Origin: Bacteroidales bacterium
Lineage (GTDB): Bacteria; Bacteroidota; Bacteroidia; Bacteroidales; WCHB1-69
NCBI GenBank assembly: GCA_045116675.1
Contig: JBGUMF010000004.1
Location: forward strand, 1 to 63,780
Reading direction: 5' to 3'
DNA: 63,780 nt
This document shows positions 54,926 through 63,780 of the stretch, one piece after another (within the stretch, counting starts at the first letter, position 1; the number at the start of each line of letters is the position of its first letter). The notes under the pieces were generated by a model that saw only the letters and a list, made by a program, of their open reading frames with translations, was not told the origin of the DNA and did not search any database. The translations under genes and the position numbers were made by a program.

Positions 54926-57900
54926 TTACTTCTTTACCAATCGCTTTGTCACGATACCCTTTTCGGTTTCAATGCGGACGAAGTAGATGCCTTCGGCAAA
55001 CGGGGTCATGTCGATGCGTGTCAGGTTTGCATCCACTTTTTGAACCAATAATTGTTTGCCGTACACATCATACACCGTCACGTTGTCAATAGTGAATAGT
55101 GAATGGTGAATGGTGAACTGGCCTTGTGTCGGGTTGGGATACAGCGAAACAAATCGCGCAATGTCGGCAATGCCTGTCGTGTCAATGTTCTCGTTATTGC
55201 CCAACGTGCGGAAGTGGACGGTGTCGGAAGGATCGCTCTCCCACTGTCCGTAACACAAAGCTTTCACTTGGACGACATATTCGGTGTTAGTGTCCAAACT
55301 GTTCAGGCTGATGGTGGTATTTTCTGTACCGATGCCTGAAATGATAGGATTCTGCTCCTCCGCCGGCCAGAGTTCGAGGTACCAGTAGTTCTCGTCACCG
55401 CCCGGTGTCCAGTTAAAGGTGGCGTTGGTGTATCCGATATTGCTGACGGTCAGATTGGAAGGCCGTTGACAATCAATTACATCCGTGGTGGAGACGAGGA
55501 TATTGTCGATGCCGCAATGGGTTTGGACGTAATTCGAAGTGCTCAAACGGAAGGCTATGTAACCGTGCGCCGGCACATTTTGGTACGTGTAGAACTTGAC
55601 CGTGTCGAACGCGCCACCGATATCGTACACATTGGCAACGGTCTTCAAAGGCACAAAGGTGGTGTAGTCCATATTATCCGTCACGTAGCCCACGGTCAGC
55701 ATGGCTGCGGTGTCGGAATTGTACATACGCTTCCAGAAGATAATGTTGAGTCGGTTCAGAGAGTCGAGGAATTCGGGCATGACGACGTAAGAGTCTGCGC
55801 CCTCGTTGCGGGCAATCATCATCAGGGCGTTCGGATAGGTATAGTTGAAGTTCTGATTTACGATATGAGGCAGTTTGAGACCGGAATTGGTAACGTAAGC
55901 GTACCAGCATCCGGGCACCGTGCCGTTACTGTTCAGGGCAACACCTTGATAGGAATCGAAATTTTCAGTATAAGGCAGCGGTTTGGCCGACACGCAGGCG
56001 GTGCGCACGGTGATGGGCGCAATCCAGAAGCTCTGGTCGGTGGCGTCGCAATAGGCTCTCAAATAGAAATCATAGTCCACGCCTTCCGCCAAACCTGTGA
56101 TGGTGAACGGCACCGTATCGGCTATCACCATGTTGGGTGCCAGATCCAAATCAAAACCGCTCGGACCGTAGGCAATCTGCCAGTGGTCCTGCGTGCTGAC
56201 CGTATCCAGCCACGACAGCGTAATGCTGTTTTCCGTCTGACCAATGGATTCAATGAATACCGGTTCGATACAGGTGGGGATGCGCACCAGGGAGAGGGCG
56301 TCGATGAAGCATGAGTGGTAGTTGCTGCTGCCGCTGGAGGTGTTCACCATCTTGAAGGCGATATATTTGCCCGTGCCGGTGTAACTGTCGAACGGAACGG
56401 TGATTTCACTCCATCCATTGCCGCTCGGGGTTACGGTCTGCACCAAAGTGAACGTGCTCGTGTCTTCGGGGTTGGTCATCACGCCCACCTGGATATTGCC
56501 AGTAGAGCTGCTACCTTTGATCTTGAAAATCACCTGCAGGCTGTCGAGGTTGAGGTTGTTGCCCACCGGAGGCATGGATCCGATGCAGTATTGGCCACCA
56601 CCGGTGTAGAAATACATGGAGGCGTTGCCGTCGGCAGCGGTGAACATGCTAAGGTACGGGAACCAGTTGATGTGGTTGTTCTCCCGCGAGCTGTTGGTCA
56701 TCTTGTCCCAGCAGGTGGGGTATGTGTTCACGTAGTTGTAGTTGCTGGAGGTGCCATAGGTGTCGAAACTCTCAAAGTAAGGCACAGAGTCGATGGACAC
56801 GCAGCGGGTGCGGAAGGAGGTCACGGTGGACCAGTCGCTAAAGGTGCTGTCGGCGCAGGCGGAACGCACATACACATCGTAGAAGGTGCCGTCGGCAAGG
56901 CCTGTGATGGTGACGGGATTGTCCGTTGTGGTGACGTATGTGCTGGAGCCCGGCGCATCGGGATGGAATCCCTGCGGACCATAGGCAACCTGCCAGCTAG
57001 TCTCCAAACGTCCCGGTGTCCAGCCCATCTGTACGGAGTGGAGCTGGATGTTGGAGATGGAGGGGTTCACAGGCTTCACGCATACGGGCGCATTGTCCAC
57101 TAACAGGTTGTCGATATAGAGGTCGTAGCCGGGAGATCCCTTGGAGCGGAATGTGATGTAGTGGCCGGTACCGACATACGAGGTCAACGGCACAGTGAAC
57201 TCGTTCCAGACCGTGGAGCGGGCGTGGACAGACTCCACTAACGTGAAGGTGCTCGTATCCATCGGGTTGGTCATCACACCGACATCCACGAAGCCGTCCG
57301 CCGTATTGAATTTTCCGAGGAAGGAAAGCTGCAGGTAGGCGATGGTGTCGGTGATTTCCGGCAGGGACAGGTAAACATATTTGTCAAACGTGCGGCTGAT
57401 GGCCATGGCTCCCGGCCAGCTGTAGTAGTATTGCAGGCTCAAATCGGACAGATGCGTGTTGGCGTTGCCGGTTTTGGTCCAGCAGTTCGGGAATACAGAA
57501 TGGTTGTAGGTGGGACGTGTGCCATAGCTGTCGAAATCCTCATAGTAGGGAATGGACGTGACGGGCTGGCAGCTCGTGTAAAGGAGGGTGGACAGAGACC
57601 AGTCGGAGGGATCGCCGTTCGGGCAGATGTTGCGCACGTAGAATTCGTAATGGACATCGCCGCCAATACCCGCAATGTGTGCGATGTTGGTGTCGATGAT
57701 GTGCGGGACGGAATCTTCAGGGTTGAAGCCGACAGGACCATACACATACTCCCACTCCTGCACTAACGGGGTCACCGGCCAGGAAACCTCGCACCAGTCA
57801 GAACCCACATTAGTAACGGCTACGTTTTGCGGAGCCGAACAGACCGTGGTGTTGATGGAGAAGTTGTCGATATACACATAGCTGCTGTTCGTACCACTGG

Positions 57901-60900
57901 AAACAAACGTTTTCTTCAAGGCGATGTATCGGCCGGCCGGTAAGTTGTAATCGGAAAGGTACAACACCACATCCGACCAGTTGTCCGAAGTGCCATACAT
58001 GGGATAAATCGTGTCAAGGGGCACAAAAGCACTCAGATTCTGCGGATTTTCGGTGATGCCGAAAATAAGGTAGAAGTTTGAATAGAAGCTCTCTCTCATT
58101 TTAAAAGAGACCTTCACATCATTCATGTTGATGGTGGAATCCAGTGCCGGCGGGCAAACAATAACATGTTGGCCCGTGTTTACCGTTATATACAAACCTC
58201 CCGGACTGGAATAGTGAGAGGTGGTAATGCTCGGTTTGTTGGATAAGTTGACGGTGTTGTTCCGAATCCAGCAGGTGGGGAATGGCGAGCCTGTGGTTCC
58301 GTAGGTGTCAAAATTTTCAATGTAGGGAAGTTGGGAGATCGGATCGCAGTAGGTGGTGGTAGTTTGCTCATCGGAATACTCGCTCTCATCAGTGGTAGAG
58401 CATATCGAACACACCTTATAAATGTATTTGGTACCGCTTGTAAGGCCCGTGACGTGGCAGATGGTGTCATTGACGGTGAGGTATGACCACACCAAATCGT
58501 TCTGAGCTTTGAAAGCCACCTTCCACTGCTGCTCGTTGCCGCCGCGGGTCCAGCTCACGTCAAACCAGGTGTTGCCCATGTCGGCGATCTTGACAGCCAA
58601 CGGTTTGAAGCAGGTGGGGATGCGTTCCACCAAAATGTCGTCTATGTACATCATGGAAGAGTTGTAAGGTCCGGCAGCAAAGGCAATATAGCCGTCACCG
58701 GTCGTATTCCCGTTGAAGCGGGTGATGTGGTACTGCCATTCGCCATAATGCGGCCATGCGGCGGTGTCCCACGGCGTGAATGTATCGAAATCATCGGGGT
58801 CAGACATCGTGCCAACCATCAGATTGTAATTGGTGCCGTTCGGCATCAGATGGTAGAAGGAGACCTGCAAGTCGGAAACGTTGAGGGTGGTGTCCAACTC
58901 CGGCAGTACGGCCCAACCGATATTGTTGCCGTTGGTGCCCCTACGCAAATACAACGACTTGCCTCCGGAATGGTGATAATTGGTCTTTACGATGGGTAAG
59001 TAGGAGGTGCTGGTACCTGTGGTATTCGAAATCCAGCAGTTGGGAACATCATCGGTGACATCGCTGTCAAAGTTATGGTTGTAAGGCAGGTTGATAATGA
59101 TACCGCAAGGGGTTGTGAAGGTGACGGCATTGCTGATACGGCTAATGCCCGTACTGCAGGTGGTGCGCACCTGGACGGTGTATTGCGTGTTGAAGACCAA
59201 CCCGGTAAGCGTGTAAAGACTGTCGTTGATATTGGAAATGATGGTCCAGTCTCGGTCGAATTTGGATTTGTACATCAGATCGCAGGAGATCATATTCGGG
59301 TCGTTGTGCCAATAGAGGGAAGCCGTCTGATCTGTAGTGCTAAGGACGGTCAGCTGTGTCGGAGTGGCACAGGGGGTGGAGTAGTAGATGTCCACGTCAT
59401 CCACGCGCCAATTGCCGCTAGCGGATGCATGGCGGATGCGGAAGACAATGTACTTGTTTGTTCCCATATTGGACACGCCGGAAAAATTGACCTCTTCAAG
59501 ATAATAGGTATTGGTAGCAGCAACATTTATGGTGGATACCCATTCAAAATCGGAGGTGTCCATAGGATCGTTGGAGACGCCAATTTCCAAATCGCCGCAG
59601 TAAGATGCGGAAGAGGAGCGGGCTGCATAGAAGCTCATGGTCAGATCCTGAATAGGAGCCGCGATGGCCGGTGTGGCCACCCATGTGTAGTTGCAGGGGA
59701 TATTCAAGCTATGGCTTGTAGAGTGACTCTGCGAGGAGGTGTTGTTTATGCCGGGAGCCGAGTAGAGTTTGGAGATGATGGACCAGCACTCCAGAGGACT
59801 ATCCCCTTCAAAGTCATTACTGTAGGGGATAAAGACGGAATTGAAACAACGTGTCTTGAATTTCTCGGCAAAAGAGTAGGCACTGCTACCGCCCTGACAA
59901 TGGGCTTTTACCTTGAACTCATATTGGGTAGCATCAAGCAGACCTGTCACATTATAGAATGTGTCGGTGAGGTTGGGAATTTCCGTCCATACAAAGTCGT
60001 CCACCGATTTATAAGCCAATGTATAAGAAGTGGAAGCCACATTCCAAGGGGTCCAACAGACCTTGATGGAAGTAGGTGTGCCGCCCACATAGCGGATGTT
60101 TTCAGGATGATAACATGTATAGGTGCTGGGATAGACCTCCACATTGTCCACACAGAAGTTGTTGGTTAATGAATCGATTTTCAAACCCACCAAGGCAAGA
60201 TGTCCAGTTCCATAATAGTTGGAAAGAGGCACTTCGTAGAAATGACCACCTTTCAGAAAATGAACAGTATCGATGGGAGTGAAACTGTTCATGATGGAGG
60301 TCTTGTCGGTGATGTTGGTCACAACACCTACCGCCATTGTACTTATGTTATCGGCCAAACTGGTATAACAATAGAATCGCAGCGTCAGGGTGCTGATGGG
60401 CGCATCCAGTGTGGGTAGTACAGCGTAGTTGTTACCTTGGCCCGTCTGTCCGATAGGCTTGCTTTGGAAGCACAGGTTTCTCCGTAAAGAATAGCTGTTA
60501 GCCTGTCCGGATGTACTTACGTACGGATAACCGTAGTTGTCGCCGCCGGAATTGGCTTTCGACCAGCAATCAGGAACGACAAACCCGGCATTGGCCGGAG
60601 CGTAGAAGTCGTCAAAATTCTCCATGTAGGGCACGCTCGACACCTGGCAGGTAGTCGAAAAGGTGAAGGTTTTGGAGATGCTGTTGTCGGCGGTGGCGCA
60701 CTCGGAGCGGACGATGACATCAAACGAATAGTTTTCCAACACCGACAGACCGTAGATGGTGAAAGTAGTATCCAAGACGCCAGTCACCGTGTTCCAGCTG
60801 CCCTCCGAGGATTGCTTGTACTGGACGACGAATGGAGCAGTGCCCTGAAAAGCGTGCCAGCCTATTGTGACATAGTCTGAACCCACCTCCGCAATGCTGA

Positions 60901-62380
60901 GGTTGGATGGATGCATACAGGTCACCGGTAAGAAATTGAACTCATCAATGAAAATGGGAGCATTTAAAGCCCGGAAGGCAATATAGTCGCTCAACCCGGT
61001 GTATTGCGACAGCTCATAGTAGAAATCCTCGAAAACACCGGTTGCCGAAGGTGTGATAGTGTCGATGGGGACAAAGGAATAGTAGTCGTCAGGGTCGGTT
61101 ACGTAGCCTACCACCAACTGGGCGGAGGCATTGCCGGAAGTCTTGTAGGCTTTGAAACACATCACGATGTCGCTGAGCTGCAAATCCTGAGTGTTGATTT
61201 TCGGGGCCACCGCATAGTTCTGTTCTGACGAACTGGCATAAAGCCTCAACGAATAGGAAGTGGCAGCGGTGGGCGGTTGGATGCAGGGCAGATTGGCACT
61301 GCCCAAAAAGCTGGTATGCCCGCGCCAGCAGTTGGGTAAGACATTGTCGCCGTAGCCATAGTCGTCAAAATTCTCCGTATAGGGCAGTGTGGAGACGAAG
61401 CACGGGTCGGCTGTCGTGCTACCGCAGCCGCTGGCAGATGCAGGGGATGTGCACGAGGTATAGACGGCTTTGACCGTGTAGCAGTATTGGGTCAGGGCGG
61501 TCATGCTGGTGTCCTCATCATCATAATAGGGAGTCTCCACTAACTGGGTGTTCACCTGTGTGCCATTGCGATAGACATTGAAGCCCGTAAGGCCGTTATC
61601 GGTGAAGTATCCGAAAATGCGCATGGGCATACCCATCTGCTCGTGGGAGGCATCGTCCGTCCAGGGGCCCCAGGTGCCGTCCGTGGAATTGAACGTAAGG
61701 GCGTCGCCAGTGGTCACGTGGTTGGCATCCACCAAAGGGATTCCATATACCTCGTTGGTAGTGACCCCGACAAAGGACACCGACACCCAGTAGTGACCGG
61801 CCGGCAGGGTGGTGTTCACATTGGCTTTCACCTGAAAGATGGGCCGGATGGTGTCCAGATGATGGTTCGTATAGTAAATGATGTCTTCCGTGCGGTAGGC
61901 ACCTGTCCAATCACAGGAAATCGGGGCCTGCTGCGTGGAGGTCCATACCGGCGTCGTCTGGTTGTTGACAGGCAGCTGGTTATAGAACTTCACCAGCACA
62001 TACGCGATGGGCGAACTGATGATGGAAGCGTTTTCCACGTAAGCGAAAAAGTCAATGGAGGTGATTTGGGCATCCTGCGTCAGCGTGAAGTCGTCGGCGA
62101 TGGCGAACCCCGGCGCCGTGGCGTTTTTACCCAATGAGGATTGCCCGGCATACAAACTGCTCACATCTGCACCCTGAAAACCCTCCCCAGGCAAGTTTAT
62201 GAAGTTGGTGTTGTTGTATAACAATAGTCGGGTAGAAGAGCCCGGATAATCCCATGTGATATGCGTGGAATGGTCGCTGGTACCCGTGACCGTCACGTTG
62301 GTGGGCGCATCACAATTCTGGGCTTTAACCCCAAAACATATTGAAATTAAGAGAATTAATAAAGTAAAAAATTTTCTCAT
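54926..62380 (-). CDS. giant T9SS-secreted modular surface protein: eight [cleaved-adhesin/MAM-like ('choice-of-anchor J'-type) + fibronectin type III] modules
   Basis: 2484 aa with a signal peptide. Eight recurrences of C....(L/I/V)PY.E.FD.......P.CW each precede an FN3-like block (P.NL.V...G.....V.W). The C-terminal T9SS CTD is LYPNPTQGQFTI...GIYFVRIETEKGIVTKRLVKK. Confidence 0.85.
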   Translation of the reverse strand: MRKFFTLLILLISICFGVKAQNCDAPTNVTVTGTSDHSTHITWDYPGSSTRLLLYNNTNFINLPGEGFQGADVSSLYAGQSSLGKNATAPGFAIADDFTLTQDAQITSIDFFAYVENASIISSPIAYVLVKFYNQLPVNNQTTPVWTSTQQAPISCDWTGAYRTEDIIYYTNHHLDTIRPIFQVKANVNTTLPAGHYWVSVSFVGVTTNEVYGIPLVDANHVTTGDALTFNSTDGTWGPWTDDASHEQMGMPMRIFGYFTDNGLTGFNVYRNGTQVNTQLVETPYYDDEDTSMTALTQYCYTVKAVYTSCTSPASASGCGSTTADPCFVSTLPYTENFDDYGYGDNVLPNCWRGHTSFLGSANLPCIQPPTAATSYSLRLYASSSEQNYAVAPKINTQDLQLSDIVMCFKAYKTSGNASAQLVVGYVTDPDDYYSFVPIDTITPSATGVFEDFYYELSQYTGLSDYIAFRALNAPIFIDEFNFLPVTCMHPSNLSIAEVGSDYVTIGWHAFQGTAPFVVQYKQSSEGSWNTVTGVLDTTFTIYGLSVLENYSFDVIVRSECATADNSISKTFTFSTTCQVSSVPYMENFDDFYAPANAGFVVPDCWSKANSGGDNYGYPYVSTSGQANSYSLRRNLCFQSKPIGQTGQGNNYAVLPTLDAPISTLTLRFYCYTSLADNISTMAVGVVTNITDKTSIMNSFTPIDTVHFLKGGHFYEVPLSNYYGTGHLALVGLKIDSLTNNFCVDNVEVYPSTYTCYHPENIRYVGGTPTSIKVCWTPWNVASTSYTLAYKSVDDFVWTEIPNLTDTFYNVTGLLDATQYEFKVKAHCQGGSSAYSFAEKFKTRCFNSVFIPYSNDFEGDSPLECWSIISKLYSAPGINNTSSQSHSTSHSLNIPCNYTWVATPAIAAPIQDLTMSFYAARSSSASYCGDLEIGVSNDPMDTSDFEWVSTINVAATNTYYLEEVNFSGVSNMGTNKYIVFRIRHASASGNWRVDDVDIYYSTPCATPTQLTVLSTTDQTASLYWHNDPNMISCDLMYKSKFDRDWTIISNINDSLYTLTGLVFNTQYTVQVRTTCSTGISRISNAVTFTTPCGIIINLPYNHNFDSDVTDDVPNCWISNTTGTSTSYLPIVKTNYHHSGGKSLYLRRGTNGNNIGWAVLPELDTTLNVSDLQVSFYHLMPNGTNYNLMVGTMSDPDDFDTFTPWDTAAWPHYGEWQYHITRFNGNTTGDGYIAFAAGPYNSSMMYIDDILVERIPTCFKPLAVKIADMGNTWFDVSWTRGGNEQQWKVAFKAQNDLVWSYLTVNDTICHVTGLTSGTKYIYKVCSICSTTDESEYSDEQTTTTYCDPISQLPYIENFDTYGTTGSPFPTCWIRNNTVNLSNKPSITTSHYSSPGGLYITVNTGQHVIVCPPALDSTINMNDVKVSFKMRESFYSNFYLIFGITENPQNLSAFVPLDTIYPMYGTSDNWSDVVLYLSDYNLPAGRYIALKKTFVSSGTNSSYVYIDNFSINTTVCSAPQNVAVTNVGSDWCEVSWPVTPLVQEWEYVYGPVGFNPEDSVPHIIDTNIAHIAGIGGDVHYEFYVRNICPNGDPSDWSLSTLLYTSCQPVTSIPYYEDFDSYGTRPTYNHSVFPNCWTKTGNANTHLSDLSLQYYYSWPGAMAISRTFDKYVYLSLPEITDTIAYLQLSFLGKFNTADGFVDVGVMTNPMDTSTFTLVESVHARSTVWNEFTVPLTSYVGTGHYITFRSKGSPGYDLYIDNLLVDNAPVCVKPVNPSISNIQLHSVQMGWTPGRLETSWQVAYGPQGFHPDAPGSSTYVTTTDNPVTITGLADGTFYDVYVRSACADSTFSDWSTVTSFRTRCVSIDSVPYFESFDTYGTSSNYNYVNTYPTCWDKMTNSSRENNHINWFPYLSMFTAADGNASMYFYTGGGQYCIGSMPPVGNNLNLDSLQVIFKIKGSSSTGNIQVGVMTNPEDTSTFTLVQTVTPSGNGWSEITVPFDSYTGTGKYIAFKMVNTSSGSSNYHSCFIDALSLVRIPTCIEPVFIESIGQTENSITLSWLDTVSTQDHWQIAYGPSGFDLDLAPNMVIADTVPFTITGLAEGVDYDFYLRAYCDATDQSFWIAPITVRTACVSAKPLPYTENFDSYQGVALNSNGTVPGCWYAYVTNSGLKLPHIVNQNFNYTYPNALMMIARNEGADSYVVMPEFLDSLNRLNIIFWKRMYNSDTAAMLTVGYVTDNMDYTTFVPLKTVANVYDIGGAFDTVKFYTYQNVPAHGYIAFRLSTSNYVQTHCGIDNILVSTTDVIDCQRPSNLTVSNIGYTNATFNWTPGGDENYWYLELWPAEEQNPIISGIGTENTTISLNSLDTNTEYVVQVKALCYGQWESDPSDTVHFRTLGNNENIDTTGIADIARFVSLYPNPTQGQFTIHHSLFTIDNVTVYDVYGKQLLVQKVDANLTRIDMTPFAEGIYFVRIETEKGIVTKRLVKK
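55091..55118. repeat. heptanucleotide tandem repeat x4 inside the CTD-coding region
   Basis: agtgaat agtgaat ggtgaat ggtgaac, encoding FTIHHSLFTI on the minus strand. Confidence 0.85.
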
Positions 62381-62424
62381 AATATTGCGAATTTAATTTT
62401 TCCAACAAATAAAAAAAATGCGGA

Positions 62425-62432
62425 CAAAGATA
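62425..62432 (-). promoter_or_regulatory. -7 promoter box (TATCTTTG) for the 2484-aa gene
   Basis: Exact TAnnTTTG, 45 nt upstream of the ATG at 62380. Confidence 0.5.
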
Positions 62433-62460
62433 CAAAAAATAATCCCTATGGTAGGATACC

Positions 62461-63483
62461 TTAAAATTTTGGTTTGTACCCGGAATTGGTTAGTATTTCC
62501 TGCGATTTGGTATTCGACATAAGCTCGGCGAGGGTGGTTTCGGGATGGTTCTGCATGTAGCTCTGCACGATGCGCCAACCCATGTAGCAGCCCACCCTGC
62601 CGGGCGAGTCGTTGCCGAAATCGCGGGTGAACGGGGTTTCGTCAATCAGCCGGCGGATAACATCCTCGTCTTTGGAGTAGAGCATATTTTTTTCAATCAG
62701 ATATTGCCATACGGCGGCCTCGTGTTTTTTCGCCCATTGGTAATGCTCCTCGCTGTATTTGATAATGTCCTTTTCATCTTTTTCCGGGAAGATGGTTTGG
62801 GTGAAAAAGAGTTTTTTGCCGGCCTCAATCATGTTATCCAACGCGGAAACGGGCGTTTTGTCAGGCAGATGACGGTAGCATATTCCCTGCGAGAAGCAGT
62901 CGGTAGCCATATATTTGCGGTCACAACGGGCGGCGATGAACTTCGGCATCCCGGCCAATGCGTAGTATTTGCAGTCCTTTCCCAGATACATATCCAAACA
63001 GATAAAAAGGTTGTCCTCGTAGCCGAACACCGACGGGGTGGAGAAGTCCATGCCGGGAATCAGCGTATAGACGTTGGGAATGACGGCATCGGGGAAGTGC
63101 TTGAGGTACTGCTTGAAAGCGGCAGTAAGCTCACGATTGAGGTCGTCGGTGTTGGGGTACTGCTTCTGCACCTCCTTGTACAAATCCCGGATGGTGGGGT
63201 CGGAAAGATAACCTTTTAGGGCGGCTATCATCTGCGGGTTCTTCCAGCATCCGTCGGAGACGAGGTTGTCGGGATATTGGCCGTAAAGCGATTCCATCCC
63301 TGCGGCCAATTTGTTGGCATCCAATGCGAAAAGTGCCTGTTCATACCGCTTGATGCTAACCTTCACCTCCTTGACCTTCGTCTCCTGCGTTTTAGTGAGC
63401 GTAGGTGTGGCCACCTTCTCTTTTTTATGACAAGCTGAACATAAAATCAGCAGAATGGACAATACAAAACAGACTTTTCTCAT
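62461..63483 (-). CDS. lipoprotein, GldB-like / DUF2268-like (tentative)
   Basis: Start set at the ATG at 63483 (MRKVCFVLSILLILCSAC, lipobox). The early I.RYEQALF segment and C-terminal ...SPGRVGCYMGWRIVQSY resemble the GldB family as I recall it. Not verified. Confidence 0.45.
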   Translation of the reverse strand: MRKVCFVLSILLILCSACHKKEKVATPTLTKTQETKVKEVKVSIKRYEQALFALDANKLAAGMESLYGQYPDNLVSDGCWKNPQMIAALKGYLSDPTIRDLYKEVQKQYPNTDDLNRELTAAFKQYLKHFPDAVIPNVYTLIPGMDFSTPSVFGYEDNLFICLDMYLGKDCKYYALAGMPKFIAARCDRKYMATDCFSQGICYRHLPDKTPVSALDNMIEAGKKLFFTQTIFPEKDEKDIIKYSEEHYQWAKKHEAAVWQYLIEKNMLYSKDEDVIRRLIDETPFTRDFGNDSPGRVGCYMGWRIVQSYMQNHPETTLAELMSNTKSQEILTNSGYKPKF

Positions 63484-63780
63484 TTCAAACACGTTTATAT
63501 CAAAAACATTAAACCAAAAACCAACACCAGGGTAGTCGTAAACACAAGTGTCTTTGTTACATAACATCTTGCCGGCATCCCAATTCCGAACGATTTAATA
63601 AAACCCTTTTTTCTCATTTTTATTATGCAAAAGAAAGATTTTTTTGTGTAAAAAACAAGCCACATTCGGTAACGAAATAAAGTGATGAAATTTGGCAACA
63701 ATATAGAAGTTGACCTGTCGTTATCCCCATGGCATCACAGGATACCAATTATCATAGCTGAATAATTTGTTTTTTCACCT

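Overview
This 63.8-kb window looks like a chromosomal segment of a Bacteroidota (Bacteroidales-like) genome. Supporting signs are many exact TAnnTTTG '-7' promoter boxes with no Shine-Dalgarno leaders, type IX secretion (T9SS) C-terminal sorting domains, a long-tailed ribosomal protein S16, and the coaX-OMP-TPR-lptC and ftsQ-ftsA-ftsZ blocks. I support about 52 protein genes, one tRNA-Lys(UUU), one gene remnant, and several hairpin terminators and repeats. Most genes are housekeeping: mutB, C69 dipeptidase, tdk, purC, alaS, folE, purN, ftsQAZ, nadK, buk, rimM, rpsP, coaX, ogt, prmA, DAHP synthase/chorismate mutase, ctp, serA and serC. I saw no rRNA, CRISPR array, transposase, integrase or phage structural module. 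Four accessory parts stand out. (1) An AT-richer ~5.6-kb island (about 21.84-27.51 kb) is bracketed by direct repeats that share an identical 27-mer. It carries one operon: a tail-fibre-like secreted protein, three tandem small 2-TM paralogues, a small outer-membrane barrel, and a T9SS-exported C10 (streptopain-like) cysteine protease. The three paralogues have near-identical ends and a hyperdivergent core. This operon is my best candidate for an undescribed system. (2) A very AT-rich four-helix-bundle (23S-rRNA-IVS-type) gene cassette with inverted-repeat flanks sits between serC and serA. (3) A 2484-aa T9SS protein is built from eight [adhesin/MAM-like + FN3] modules. (4) A 1496-aa orphan secreted protein follows prmA by 2 nt. 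All functional calls rest on motif and family recognition by eye. No database search was run.
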